Below, piece after piece: positions 47,710 to 56,903 of a stretch of 64,000 nt of DNA. The stretch is from Klebsiella phage KpLz-2_45. The notes under the pieces were generated by a model that did not search any database, was not told the origin of the DNA, and saw nothing but the letters and a program-made list of their open reading frames with translations. The position numbers and the translations under genes are program-made. The stretch lies in sequence record MN871446.1. One strand, 5' to 3'. Each line of letters begins with the position of its first letter. Position 1 is the stretch's first letter.

Positions 47710-48963
47710 TTAACGATGGAAACGGTTGCGAGAACCAAACGCGCTTCGTTCTCCGAATCCGCTTCCGCGACGGTCGTAGTCACGATCATCATAACGGTCG
47801 AGCAAGGAGCGAGGACGTGAACCACGACGGTCATCGTCATAATCACGATCGTCCCGGTCGTCATGAGAAACACGACGCAATAAACCACCGCCACGGCGAT
47901 CGTCTTCGTAACGACGATCATTACGACTCCCGCCGATTAAACTCCGCGGTTCATCACGACGCTCATCTGTTGAACGAAGTACTTGCCGACGGCCAGAGGA
48001 AACTTCACGACGTTGTTCGCGTTCTTCACGAATACGTTCGCGGTTTTCCGCTTTAGCCTTAGGCTTCGCCAGCTCGTCTTCGTTCGCTTCGCCTTCGTTA
48101 CCTTCCAGCGGCGGAATGTCATTACGATACTCCGTCAGCTCCGCCATGTTCTTAACCCAGTTCGTTCCGATCAACAGACCTTTCATTTCTTCAAAGTCTT
48201 CCTGGAATACTTTCGTGACCTTATTCAGATCAAACGCCAGATTTGCAAACGCCATCATCAGCGAATGGAAATTTGGCGCGACCGATGAACGACTACCATA
48301 GCTGTATTCGTCAATCGATTTATCGAAGTTGGGGAAAATGTGACGGAGCAGGTTAAACAGCGCTGCACGGTCACGAACGCGGAAGGTGACATCGAAGATT
48401 TTCTTATCTTCGTTATTCTCCTGGTCCGCAATCGGGAAGGTGGTTACCGCCACGCGAGAATACTCCTCGCCTTTCCATACGCCGCCACGTTTGATGAAGA
48501 TGTTGATAAACGCGTTATCGCCTTTAAAGGTCAACTTCGACATCATCAATTTACGGGTATCTTCAACCGTACGTTTATCGGCTTCCGGTAAGAGGCGAAG
48601 ATAGTCGCGTTGCTCCGGCGTCAGTTTTGCATGGCGATCTGTGTCCGCGGCCAGTTCGGTCAGGAAACAGATCATCGTTGCCCCAACCTGATAGAGTCGG
48701 TTACAAACACAGAGCGTCAAACGTTCCAGTACTTCGGACTTTTTCCGTTGGGTGTTTTCGGATAGCGGGTGGAACGGGATAGTATTTTCCCAATCCGGAT
48801 TTTTCAGCCATTCGTCGGTCGGAATAACCAACTGACGTTTGTTCATGGTGAAAGGTGCTCTGACGCCCAATGCTTCAAAATAGACGCCGCCCTTCTCATC
48901 CACCTCAAAACCTAACGCGGTAAGAATCTCGCGATAGATTGTAGTCAACTTTTTCTTGTTCAT
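47710..48963 (-). CDS. hypothetical protein with an Arg/Asp/Tyr-rich low-complexity C-terminal tail
   Basis: C-terminal roughly 90 aa composed of RD, RDY, DDR repeats (DRDYDDDRRGSRPRSLLDRYDDRDYDRRG). Confidence 0.55.
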   Translation of the reverse strand: MNKKKLTTIYREILTALGFEVDEKGGVYFEALGVRAPFTMNKRQLVIPTDEWLKNPDWENTIPFHPLSENTQRKKSEVLERLTLCVCNRLYQVGATMICFLTELAADTDRHAKLTPEQRDYLRLLPEADKRTVEDTRKLMMSKLTFKGDNAFINIFIKRGGVWKGEEYSRVAVTTFPIADQENNEDKKIFDVTFRVRDRAALFNLLRHIFPNFDKSIDEYSYGSRSSVAPNFHSLMMAFANLAFDLNKVTKVFQEDFEEMKGLLIGTNWVKNMAELTEYRNDIPPLEGNEGEANEDELAKPKAKAENRERIREEREQRREVSSGRRQVLRSTDERRDEPRSLIGGSRNDRRYEDDRRGGGLLRRVSHDDRDDRDYDDDRRGSRPRSLLDRYDDRDYDRRGSGFGERSAFGSRNRFHR

Positions 48964-48991
48964 TTCTTTTCCTCAAAGAGAATCTTATCGT

Positions 48992-50515
48992 TTAAAAACG
49001 GCCGTTCCCGCCCCAACTGAAACCAGTCAACGCGTCATCGATACGGTTTTCTTCCATGGAGAATTGACTGTCTGCCAATTCGGTGATCGTACTTTGCAAG
49101 TCAGTGACGATCTTAGATGCCAGATCGTAGTCATCGGTTTTCTGCGGTGAGATAAGACCATCGCAATACATCGGAATAACGTAAAGCTCTTCCGGTTGGC
49201 CGTCTAACGACAGATTGATTTTAATGTCCGTGATTGCAGAACAGTCGATCGTACAGGTAACGATCATCTGACCGTTATGGGAAACGGGTTTCGCTACTTG
49301 ATACTCAATCAACTGACGAACCGCGTTCACCGCGCCCGAGACGTTCGAACCCGGAATCAACGGACGTTCACCCCAGACCTCAACCTGCATTTCTCCGATA
49401 TCGTTATCATTACTGAAAGCGATCATGGCATCAGAGATGTGGTTGGTCATCAGGATAGAAGGTACGGCTTGAGAGATGATACGAACGGCTACTGCATCAA
49501 CACCTGCACCGCCGAGGTTGTTCCCACGTCCACGTTCGTAGCTTTTATAACCACGCTCTTCGACCTGTTTCGGATTGATAAACTGCGTGACGGGCTGACC
49601 ACGATAAGTCTCTGGCCAATCTACCATCCGCGCTAAGTCTTCGAGGCGAATGACGCCTTCTTGATAGAAGTCGCATTCTTGCAGGAACTGTGCAAAGAGT
49701 GGGTTATCTTCTGTTTTGCTCAGGTTAACTGCTCCTGCCGCCAGTTCCGATTTTGACATCTCTTCCCCTGCTAACGCAGAGTCGGGGTTCCAGCTCGGCT
49801 GCTCCATTGTCTCCGCCAGTACACCCGCCTTCAACACCGTCGAGATGTAGTCCGCCGCATTATTCTCACGACGAGAACCCATCTTGATATCGCCCACCAG
49901 ATCAGCACGGGTATCAATAATCTGATCGCCGCCGGAATGGTAACGCTGATAATCCTGGATACCTACGTCATTGAAGATATCGTGCGGACGAATTAAACGC
50001 TCGCCACGGTCACGGCGAAGACCACGCTGGCCTTCGTTACGACCCCGACCACGGATAACGTACTCAGAGGATTCAATTCGTGGACGCAGAATACGGCCAC
50101 GGCCCGTATCGAGAACGGTGTCACGGATGATGATGGAGTTATTGATGAAGAGATCCATTTGGTCATCCAGTTCACCGCTGACCATGCTGACGCCGTTATA
50201 ATCGGTGAACCCGGTCAGTACCTGACGTTGGGTAGATCCCGCATAGTCAGAGATCAGGAACGTGATAATGAAACTCAAACGTTTCTCACCCCAACCCCCG
50301 GGGATATCAATAATCGAACCGCGTTTTGCAGTCATGCTGATCGCATCGTTAACGGCTGTAGATAACGAAATCGAGTTGATGTTTCTGCCGCGATCAGTTG
50401 CTTTGACAAGACGGTCTTTCACGCCATTGTCGAAATGAGTCGTGAATGAGCTACCGTATTGGTCATCGTAATTAGAAGTGGTGAAGAAGAATGCACTAAT
50501 TACTGTCGGTTTCAT
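48992..50515 (-). CDS. hypothetical protein
   Basis: 507 aa ORF. Confidence 0.5.
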   Translation of the reverse strand: MKPTVISAFFFTTSNYDDQYGSSFTTHFDNGVKDRLVKATDRGRNINSISLSTAVNDAISMTAKRGSIIDIPGGWGEKRLSFIITFLISDYAGSTQRQVLTGFTDYNGVSMVSGELDDQMDLFINNSIIIRDTVLDTGRGRILRPRIESSEYVIRGRGRNEGQRGLRRDRGERLIRPHDIFNDVGIQDYQRYHSGGDQIIDTRADLVGDIKMGSRRENNAADYISTVLKAGVLAETMEQPSWNPDSALAGEEMSKSELAAGAVNLSKTEDNPLFAQFLQECDFYQEGVIRLEDLARMVDWPETYRGQPVTQFINPKQVEERGYKSYERGRGNNLGGAGVDAVAVRIISQAVPSILMTNHISDAMIAFSNDNDIGEMQVEVWGERPLIPGSNVSGAVNAVRQLIEYQVAKPVSHNGQMIVTCTIDCSAITDIKINLSLDGQPEELYVIPMYCDGLISPQKTDDYDLASKIVTDLQSTITELADSQFSMEENRIDDALTGFSWGGNGRF

Positions 50516-50543
50516 TTACAGGTTCCTTTTCGGTAGTTTGGTA

Positions 50544-52085
50544 TTAAGGTTTAGCAATGGTAGAACGCGTCTTAATGAAGATAATGAACTCAGCCAATAA
50601 CTGTTTAAAGTTAGGCGGTACCATTAATCCGCGATGATTATCTTCAATCATCGTACTTTCGTTTGCGATCTCAGCAACGACGTCGCGTTGCCAATAGTTG
50701 TTCGCAAATTCATTATAGAAGGCGTTAACGGCGATTTCGCCGGGAGTTTTTAGCATGGCTTTAGAGCGGGCAGACCCTAAAGTTGAATAGCGTCGATATG
50801 GATAAATTTCATTGAAGACATTCAGTTGCTCCTCTTTGATTTGTCCTGCATTGAAGATATTTTGGATTCTTTCTTTCTGCGTAGCACCAATCAAGTCCGC
50901 CAGCGCCGCGAACCCGTTTTGATAAAGATAGACCTGCGCAATAGAGATCAGATCAATCGCTCCGCTGCGCTCCGTATGCGGAATAGAACGCGTAACAACC
51001 TGTTGATGTAACGTCACCGCCACCAACTTCAGTTGCGCTTCGTTCGGGTTGAAAAACTTCCTGGACTTATTACGCGCAATCACCGAGAAAAGTAACGCTT
51101 GGTCGTAGTCATCACCGAGAATACGACTGGCTTTCGCCCGCAGTTCTTTCGCCCAATAGTCAAATGCGATACGTTCGCCGTCAGAAATACTTTCCCTGAC
51201 TTTATAACTTTCCGCCGTAGACAGGTTATCTTCTTCCCCGCCTGAGTCTTTGACCATGGTCTTTGGCCTGACGTCATCTTTGCCGCTCCGTCCGCCGTCA
51301 CTTGGAAGCTGCGTTTTGATCGCGCTCCACATCTTACTGATCAGGTTAACGGTTTCGACTTGATCATCGTCATCATCATGACTCAACTGAATCACTGACA
51401 GCCGACTCACCACGAGATACGCCAACATCCATTCGGGAATATCCGCTGAACCGATCCCAAAGATGATATTCTTCATCCCCGGTGTCGTCCCCGAAACCAC
51501 CGCATCTACGAATTCACGGAAACGTTCCATCGCCTGTGATTCATAGATTTCAGTTCGACGTAAAAGCTGTTGCGCGTAGATCTCTTTGTTGGATTCTGCC
51601 ATTGCGGATTCCAACGCCAAGAACTCACTCCAGATCGGCACCATTGCTTTCAGAGCAATCGACATCACGGTCAGTTGACGATAATCCGGTTCCAGATATG
51701 TTTGCTCTGGACGATCATCTTCCAGCAAAGACGTTTTCAAATCTGGGGGTAAACGGATATCGCTGTAGTGACGCATCCAGTGATCGATCAAGGCTAACGG
51801 CAAGAACTGATAAAGTTCAATGATGTCCTCGTTGACCATTTTACTCGTGGTATTGAATTCGTACGCATTGTCCAGTTTATCACGAATGTTACGATAAACT
51901 AAGAAGACCTTTTCCTGAATGTCTTCTTCGAGATAAGAGAAGAATCGATTAATGTCACGAAACGTTGTTTCGTTCCAGGTTAATTTCTTCATCTCCCAAA
52001 AGAGCGTGTCGTATTCCCCGTGACTCATGCAGAGTACACGTGTTTTTGCTCGACCACCTAAACTTTCATCAAAATAAAATTGCAT
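50544..52085 (-). CDS. hypothetical protein
   Basis: 513 aa ORF; RBS GAGGAAAAA; promoter motif upstream. Confidence 0.55.
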   Translation of the reverse strand: MQFYFDESLGGRAKTRVLCMSHGEYDTLFWEMKKLTWNETTFRDINRFFSYLEEDIQEKVFLVYRNIRDKLDNAYEFNTTSKMVNEDIIELYQFLPLALIDHWMRHYSDIRLPPDLKTSLLEDDRPEQTYLEPDYRQLTVMSIALKAMVPIWSEFLALESAMAESNKEIYAQQLLRRTEIYESQAMERFREFVDAVVSGTTPGMKNIIFGIGSADIPEWMLAYLVVSRLSVIQLSHDDDDDQVETVNLISKMWSAIKTQLPSDGGRSGKDDVRPKTMVKDSGGEEDNLSTAESYKVRESISDGERIAFDYWAKELRAKASRILGDDYDQALLFSVIARNKSRKFFNPNEAQLKLVAVTLHQQVVTRSIPHTERSGAIDLISIAQVYLYQNGFAALADLIGATQKERIQNIFNAGQIKEEQLNVFNEIYPYRRYSTLGSARSKAMLKTPGEIAVNAFYNEFANNYWQRDVVAEIANESTMIEDNHRGLMVPPNFKQLLAEFIIFIKTRSTIAKP

Positions 52086-52179
52086 GGTTTTTCCTCGGGT
52101 TTACGGCTATCAATAGAGTAATATATGCACGAAAACAAATGGAACCGAGCGAGTCTCACGACTCGCTCGGGTATTCCTG

Positions 52180-53016
52180 TTACCAAGGAACGTCGTTATC
52201 AAAAGTGCCTTGCGGCGCCGCAGGTGCAGCAGGTTGAGAAGACGCTTGGTTGCCGCCACCCCAACTATTACCGCCGTTACCGCCACCGGAATTGTTGTTC
52301 CAGTTCCCGCCGCCGTTACCGCCTTGACGTTTAGCGAAGTTCTGCTGGTTCTGCTGACGGTTACGGTCTTTCGCTTCTTGAACTTCTTGGTCAGACATAT
52401 AACCCGCTTTCAGAATGCTGTTAACGTGATCCCACCAGATGTCTGCACGAGCACGGGCCGCCAGAGAAGAAACATAACCGTTAGTCAGGACTTCACCGGA
52501 AGAAAGACGCAGCTGTGTCATCTTCGGCGGAGTGAAGTAGAACTTCACGTTATCGCGCCCTTTCATCATCAGACCAATGAAAACGCCTTCCTGGTCTTTA
52601 CCTACAACAACCATGACTTCGGTTTCAGGGCGATCGAGCTTTTTGCCGAACATGAAAGTTGTCATACTTTCAAGTTTAACGATCGAAAGCGGCTGTCCGT
52701 TCTCATCCTGTGCGCGACCCGAAGCAATGTCTTCGATCGCTATTGTGATCATTCTGAACTGCGTCAACGAAGGGTAGAAATCGATTTTCCCGTCACGACC
52801 TTGTTTACGCAGGTTCACACCCATTTTGATATCACGGACTTTAACGTGATTACCATCAACTTTGTGATAACGGAAATCGACGAACAGAAACGGTTCTTTA
52901 CCGTCACTGCTTTGTGTTGCAGGTGCGCTCAAACGGCAGTCCCAAGCATCCATCGCGCGAAGAGGACGTCCGAGATCAAATGTACTGTTGTTAGCCATAA
53001 CTAGCCTTAATTTCAC
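52180..53016 (-). CDS. SSB-like protein (Gly/Asn-rich linker and acidic C-terminal tip)
   Basis: C-terminus GGNGGGNWNNNSGGGNGGNSWGGGNQ...PAAPAAPQGTFDNDVPW resembles SSB tails ending DFDDDIPF. Confidence 0.45.
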   Translation of the reverse strand: MKLRLVMANNSTFDLGRPLRAMDAWDCRLSAPATQSSDGKEPFLFVDFRYHKVDGNHVKVRDIKMGVNLRKQGRDGKIDFYPSLTQFRMITIAIEDIASGRAQDENGQPLSIVKLESMTTFMFGKKLDRPETEVMVVVGKDQEGVFIGLMMKGRDNVKFYFTPPKMTQLRLSSGEVLTNGYVSSLAARARADIWWDHVNSILKAGYMSDQEVQEAKDRNRQQNQQNFAKRQGGNGGGNWNNNSGGGNGGNSWGGGNQASSQPAAPAAPQGTFDNDVPW

Positions 53017-53068
53017 GGTTAAGAAAAGGGTATCGTATTAACTCACCCTCGCGTAAAAACTGAGACTC

Positions 53069-53914
53069 TTAGAAAAGTCTTTTTAGCATCTCAGCAGTGT
53101 AGCGGTCGTTCATCCAGTTCAGGTTGAGCCTTATTTTGTCCATCGTTGTCATCGTTGTCCATTTGAAACGTTCTGACAATTCAAGAACAGCCTCCCTCAC
53201 CGGTTTGGGGTAACGCATAAAAAGAATATTTCGGTCACCGAAGACCTGAATCGTGAACGCGTTAAATGGAATCCTCGGGTAGAGCTTTCCATCCGTCAAT
53301 TTGGTGTTCCACTGACTCTTCGATTTGATCGCACCTGAATACGATTCAATCAAACGTAATTGCGTAAACTCAGTACGGGAAAGTAAGTCAATGGAGTAAT
53401 GAGTCATAATCAGAGCTTTGATCGGTTCCCCTTTTAACTGAGAGCCTTTATCAAAGTCGACATAGCGTCCGATGGGTCGACGTAAAACCTCATCGATAAC
53501 ATTGTCCATTAAATGACGAAACGTTTTCTGAAGCGGAGTCTTCGGGTTAAACAAAATCGCGTGACGATAATCCCGTAGCAAGTTGGCGTATTCACGGTGA
53601 TATAAGGTAACTTTGTCAAGTTTCCCTTGCCCGTACTGAAGAATTTGATGGAGCTCTTCTTCGAGGGTATCAGCAAATGCTGCAACCACCGCCTGATTAG
53701 TACGCTGGCTTTTATCCTGCATCAGAGACCCTACAAGCGCTTTTCTGTCTTCGCCGTCTAACGCATCGTAGATGTTACGATAAAGCGTCCGTGTGTTGAT
53801 CCAGAGCCCTCCGTAACGTTTGTTTGGTTCAAGGGTCTCCATAGCCAAACTGGTACCAATGCTGAGCGGTAGTTCCCCTACCGCTCTTCTCGCAAGGATG
53901 TCGTAGATATTCAT
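53069..53914 (-). CDS. hypothetical protein
   Basis: 281 aa ORF. Confidence 0.5.
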   Translation of the reverse strand: MNIYDILARRAVGELPLSIGTSLAMETLEPNKRYGGLWINTRTLYRNIYDALDGEDRKALVGSLMQDKSQRTNQAVVAAFADTLEEELHQILQYGQGKLDKVTLYHREYANLLRDYRHAILFNPKTPLQKTFRHLMDNVIDEVLRRPIGRYVDFDKGSQLKGEPIKALIMTHYSIDLLSRTEFTQLRLIESYSGAIKSKSQWNTKLTDGKLYPRIPFNAFTIQVFGDRNILFMRYPKPVREAVLELSERFKWTTMTTMDKIRLNLNWMNDRYTAEMLKRLF

Positions 53915-54147
53915 TCTGCTCCTTGGTCGACGTTCTTACTTTTGGTCACCGAGCTTAAAATCGCATAGATGACCCGGGCCAAAATCAATGCGAACAACGC
54001 TAATGTCGCATGAGCGGGAACGTTGTAGTCATTAGGGTGAAAGAGACTGGCGAAAGAGGACATAAACCAAAATAAAAACCAAAATCCTGATGCCGCAATA
54101 ATCTCCAGAATAATGTTCGTCGCCGGCTTATCCATCTTATTCCTCAA
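53911..54147 (-). CDS. small membrane protein
   Basis: 78 aa with two hydrophobic segments. Confidence 0.4.
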   Translation of the reverse strand: MRNKMDKPATNIILEIIAASGFWFLFWFMSSFASLFHPNDYNVPAHATLALFALILARVIYAILSSVTKSKNVDQGAE

Positions 54148-55258
54148 TTAATTCATTCAATAACGAAAGAGTCTTTTCAATTTTACTTGCCGGGATTTGT
54201 TCGTTCTCCCAGCGCTGTTTGAACAGAGGTTGAATACTTGACGGCGTGATAGGAGTAAACTCAAAACGTTTCTGAGTGAACGTGCTCCCCGCCACCGTTT
54301 GGGTTTTCTTTCCTCTTCTGATCTCACTGAGTTCATAATCAGGGAAAGTAGATTTAAGAATTTCCATCCACGCCGTCACCGGGTCATCGGACATAAACTC
54401 TAACCTTATCGCCGAGCCTTTCGGGAGATCACTCTGCCTGTCGATGAGATCGATAATTTCCGGGAAATCTAAACCGATAGTAGAAAGCGTACGGTATATT
54501 TTCGCCTGCTGATTAATCCGGCGTTTAAAGTCGACCTCTTTCCCGTTTAAGAACGTCAGTTCGATCACACCTTTAGGTTCTTCTTCCCCATGACCAAGTC
54601 GCTCCAATGAACCCACAGAGACCCATTTCAGATACCGACTGTGGTTATGGATATGCCCAGAGAGAATGACCAGGGAGACAAGATCACTCCATTTCACCGC
54701 ATCGTGTAACGCAGGGGAATGAATCCCAGGCAACTGATAAGTACAACCCCCATGAACAATAGCGATATCGACTTTTTCCAGCCCGCGAGAATGAATCAAA
54801 TCCTTAACCTGCTGGAGCGTTAGTTCCGCGTTATGAGTCCATTCATCGGGAAGGTAAAGTACGTTGATATCCCACGCCTCAAAATATTCGATACTCAACG
54901 TATCAACGTATTTCAGTTGCGCGTCAATCCCCTCGCCGTCGTTGATAAAATCGAAAATCTGATTCTGTCGACGGTCATGAGAGTTGGTCCCTTCTAATAC
55001 ACGGAGTAAAATGTTCCATTTTTTACAATAGCGCAAGAGGTGACGAACACCTTCAATTGCGTAGTAGATATCGGGTTCATTGAAACTGACCAAATGATCG
55101 AAGTAATCCCCTGACACCGTGAGGATGTCTAAATCGGGCTTTTCTTCCATCGGGTAAAGTCGCCTTAACCCCGCAAGCATTCGAGGGGATTTGGTTCGCT
55201 TATGGAAGAAGTGAATATCGCTGACAGCACCTATTGTGAGTTTTTTGTCAGAAATCAT
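54137..55258 (-). CDS. calcineurin-like metallophosphoesterase (SbcD/Mre11-like nuclease candidate)
   Basis: Motifs GAVSDIH, TVSGDYFDH, EGTNSHD, SGHIHNH in canonical order. Confidence 0.6.
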   Translation of the reverse strand: MISDKKLTIGAVSDIHFFHKRTKSPRMLAGLRRLYPMEEKPDLDILTVSGDYFDHLVSFNEPDIYYAIEGVRHLLRYCKKWNILLRVLEGTNSHDRRQNQIFDFINDGEGIDAQLKYVDTLSIEYFEAWDINVLYLPDEWTHNAELTLQQVKDLIHSRGLEKVDIAIVHGGCTYQLPGIHSPALHDAVKWSDLVSLVILSGHIHNHSRYLKWVSVGSLERLGHGEEEPKGVIELTFLNGKEVDFKRRINQQAKIYRTLSTIGLDFPEIIDLIDRQSDLPKGSAIRLEFMSDDPVTAWMEILKSTFPDYELSEIRRGKKTQTVAGSTFTQKRFEFTPITPSSIQPLFKQRWENEQIPASKIEKTLSLLNELIEE

Positions 55259-55805
55259 AATCGTCCGGTTGACTCAGTGAAGAGGGAGTTACAGGAGCAG
55301 CGTTCCCTTTACCTGTCGTTATTGTCGTTTGGCCAGGATAAGGGTAACCACAGTGCATCCTGATTTCGTGGAGGTGACGTTGCCACATTTCTTTATCGGC
55401 TGTTTCAAGCGCGAGTGAGGAGTAGATTTTCTCGCTCATGGCTTCGCCCTGTTTACGCATCCGATTCATAACCGTTTTTATCTCCATCCCGATGGAAAAT
55501 AACGAATTATGTTCGCCGGTGTAACGAGGTTGGAAATCGCCGAGAATAGGCGGGAAAACCCATTTAATCGTTCTATCCTCATCGAAGAGGAAAACCGGTT
55601 TATTCCGCCCAAACGCAATCAGGCGTTCCCACTCCTCTAACGCTTGTGTTTGGACAGCGGGTTCGGTATTAAAGAAACGTGGCGCCCAATTGGCTGCAAA
55701 ATCCCGCATACTGAGCTTACTGATCATCTCTGCGGAATATTGCATAACGTCGCTCAGATCCCGTTCCAGGTCTTCTCGTGTTAGCTTAGGCGTTGCATCA
55801 GTCAT
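55248..55805 (-). CDS. hypothetical protein
   Basis: 185 aa ORF. Confidence 0.45.
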   Translation of the reverse strand: MTDATPKLTREDLERDLSDVMQYSAEMISKLSMRDFAANWAPRFFNTEPAVQTQALEEWERLIAFGRNKPVFLFDEDRTIKWVFPPILGDFQPRYTGEHNSLFSIGMEIKTVMNRMRKQGEAMSEKIYSSLALETADKEMWQRHLHEIRMHCGYPYPGQTTITTGKGNAAPVTPSSLSQPDDYDF

Positions 55806-56196
55806 TGTTTAAAACCCCCAAAACATTTTTAATTACACCGTTGTAATACTCAATAATTCGTGAGAAGTCGTAACTCTTCCCTTCTCGCGTAAAACGCACT
55901 TTGAAGATTACACCGAAGGTATCTTTTGTCTCGTCGATTTCAGGCGTAACCAGGACTTTTACGTCGGAAAAATGCGTACTGAATAAAGTAGTGTATTGTT
56001 CCGTCATTTCCGTACAAAGGCTATTCGGGTCATCCGAGTACCTTTGTATCATCATGTCAAGGGAAATGATTTGACCGTGATACAGTTCAGACTGACTGTC
56101 CTTTGCCCAAATAGAGGAAGCGAATAATTCATCGGCAATCACAAAAGGATTTTTCGTATAACCGTGACCGTTTAAACTGGGGTGTACAGTGGCCAT
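55798..56196 (-). CDS. hypothetical protein
   Basis: 132 aa ORF. Confidence 0.45.
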   Translation of the reverse strand: MATVHPSLNGHGYTKNPFVIADELFASSIWAKDSQSELYHGQIISLDMMIQRYSDDPNSLCTEMTEQYTTLFSTHFSDVKVLVTPEIDETKDTFGVIFKVRFTREGKSYDFSRIIEYYNGVIKNVLGVLNND

Positions 56197-56245
56197 TTTT
56201 TACTCCTAGTTATTAAGTTTGGTCTACAGAAATACAGAACAGAAA

Positions 56246-56279
56246 CAAAAAAGAAAGGGGCGAACCCCTTTCTTTTATT
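56246..56279. terminator. symmetric bidirectional terminator
   Basis: A-run, GAAAGGGG-CGAA-CCCCTTTC, T-run. Confidence 0.6.
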
Positions 56280-56282
56280 ATT

Positions 56283-56903
56283 TTACAGTTTCTCACCTAA
56301 CGGACTGAAGGGGTCAATGCCTTCATCAATCGCGTTATTGATCACGTCAAAGGTCGCGCAAAGTTCCATCTGCTGTTCCAACGTCAGATGTTCTTCACCT
56401 TCAACATCACAAGCGCCATAGGTGTATTCCACCCACCACTCCCCTTTACTGTTTTTCTCTGCAACTCCATTGCGAATCGCTTTCCAGTAAGGGTCGTTTT
56501 CCGGCGTAGTCTCAAACACAAAGGCGTCGCGTTTAGAACCCCAGCCGTGCGTACTCTGGCGATCCCAAAGTGAACGGGTTCTCGGACTACTGAGTAACCA
56601 ACGTCGCATCTTCAGCGGTGCACTGGCCACTTCCTCAGGACTGTCCAAGAACTGAATAATGTTATCACGATAGAGACCGCGTTTACTGCTGTTCAAACGC
56701 TTGAGCTGACTTCTGACTGTGTCATCATAAAGCGATGAAATCATTGTCTTCGCCGAGTTCAGCATTCCTTTCGCCCGGTCAGACAGATTGGAACTAAAAC
56801 GCTCCAGTCTATCGTAAGAGCGCTGAATGTCCTCACGATCGGGAAGACCGAAGGCCGCTGCCCTAAAAACAGACTCACCGCCATCGATAATTGCAATTTT
56901 CAA
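56283..56903 (-). CDS. hypothetical protein
   Basis: 206 aa ORF with ATGA overlap to the upstream gene. Confidence 0.5.
   Translation of the reverse strand: MKIAIIDGGESVFRAAAFGLPDREDIQRSYDRLERFSSNLSDRAKGMLNSAKTMISSLYDDTVRSQLKRLNSSKRGLYRDNIIQFLDSPEEVASAPLKMRRWLLSSPRTRSLWDRQSTHGWGSKRDAFVFETTPENDPYWKAIRNGVAEKNSKGEWWVEYTYGACDVEGEEHLTLEQQMELCATFDVINNAIDEGIDPFSPLGEKL

Noticed and set aside
47673-48056. 127 aa His/Arg-rich plus-strand ORF
   Set aside because: Mirror-image product of the RD-repeat tail of the minus-strand gene 47710..48963.
52210-53004. 264 aa plus-strand ORF
   Set aside because: Antisense to the SSB-like gene 52180..53016. It is R/T/V-rich and is generated by the Gly/Asn codon repeats on the other strand.
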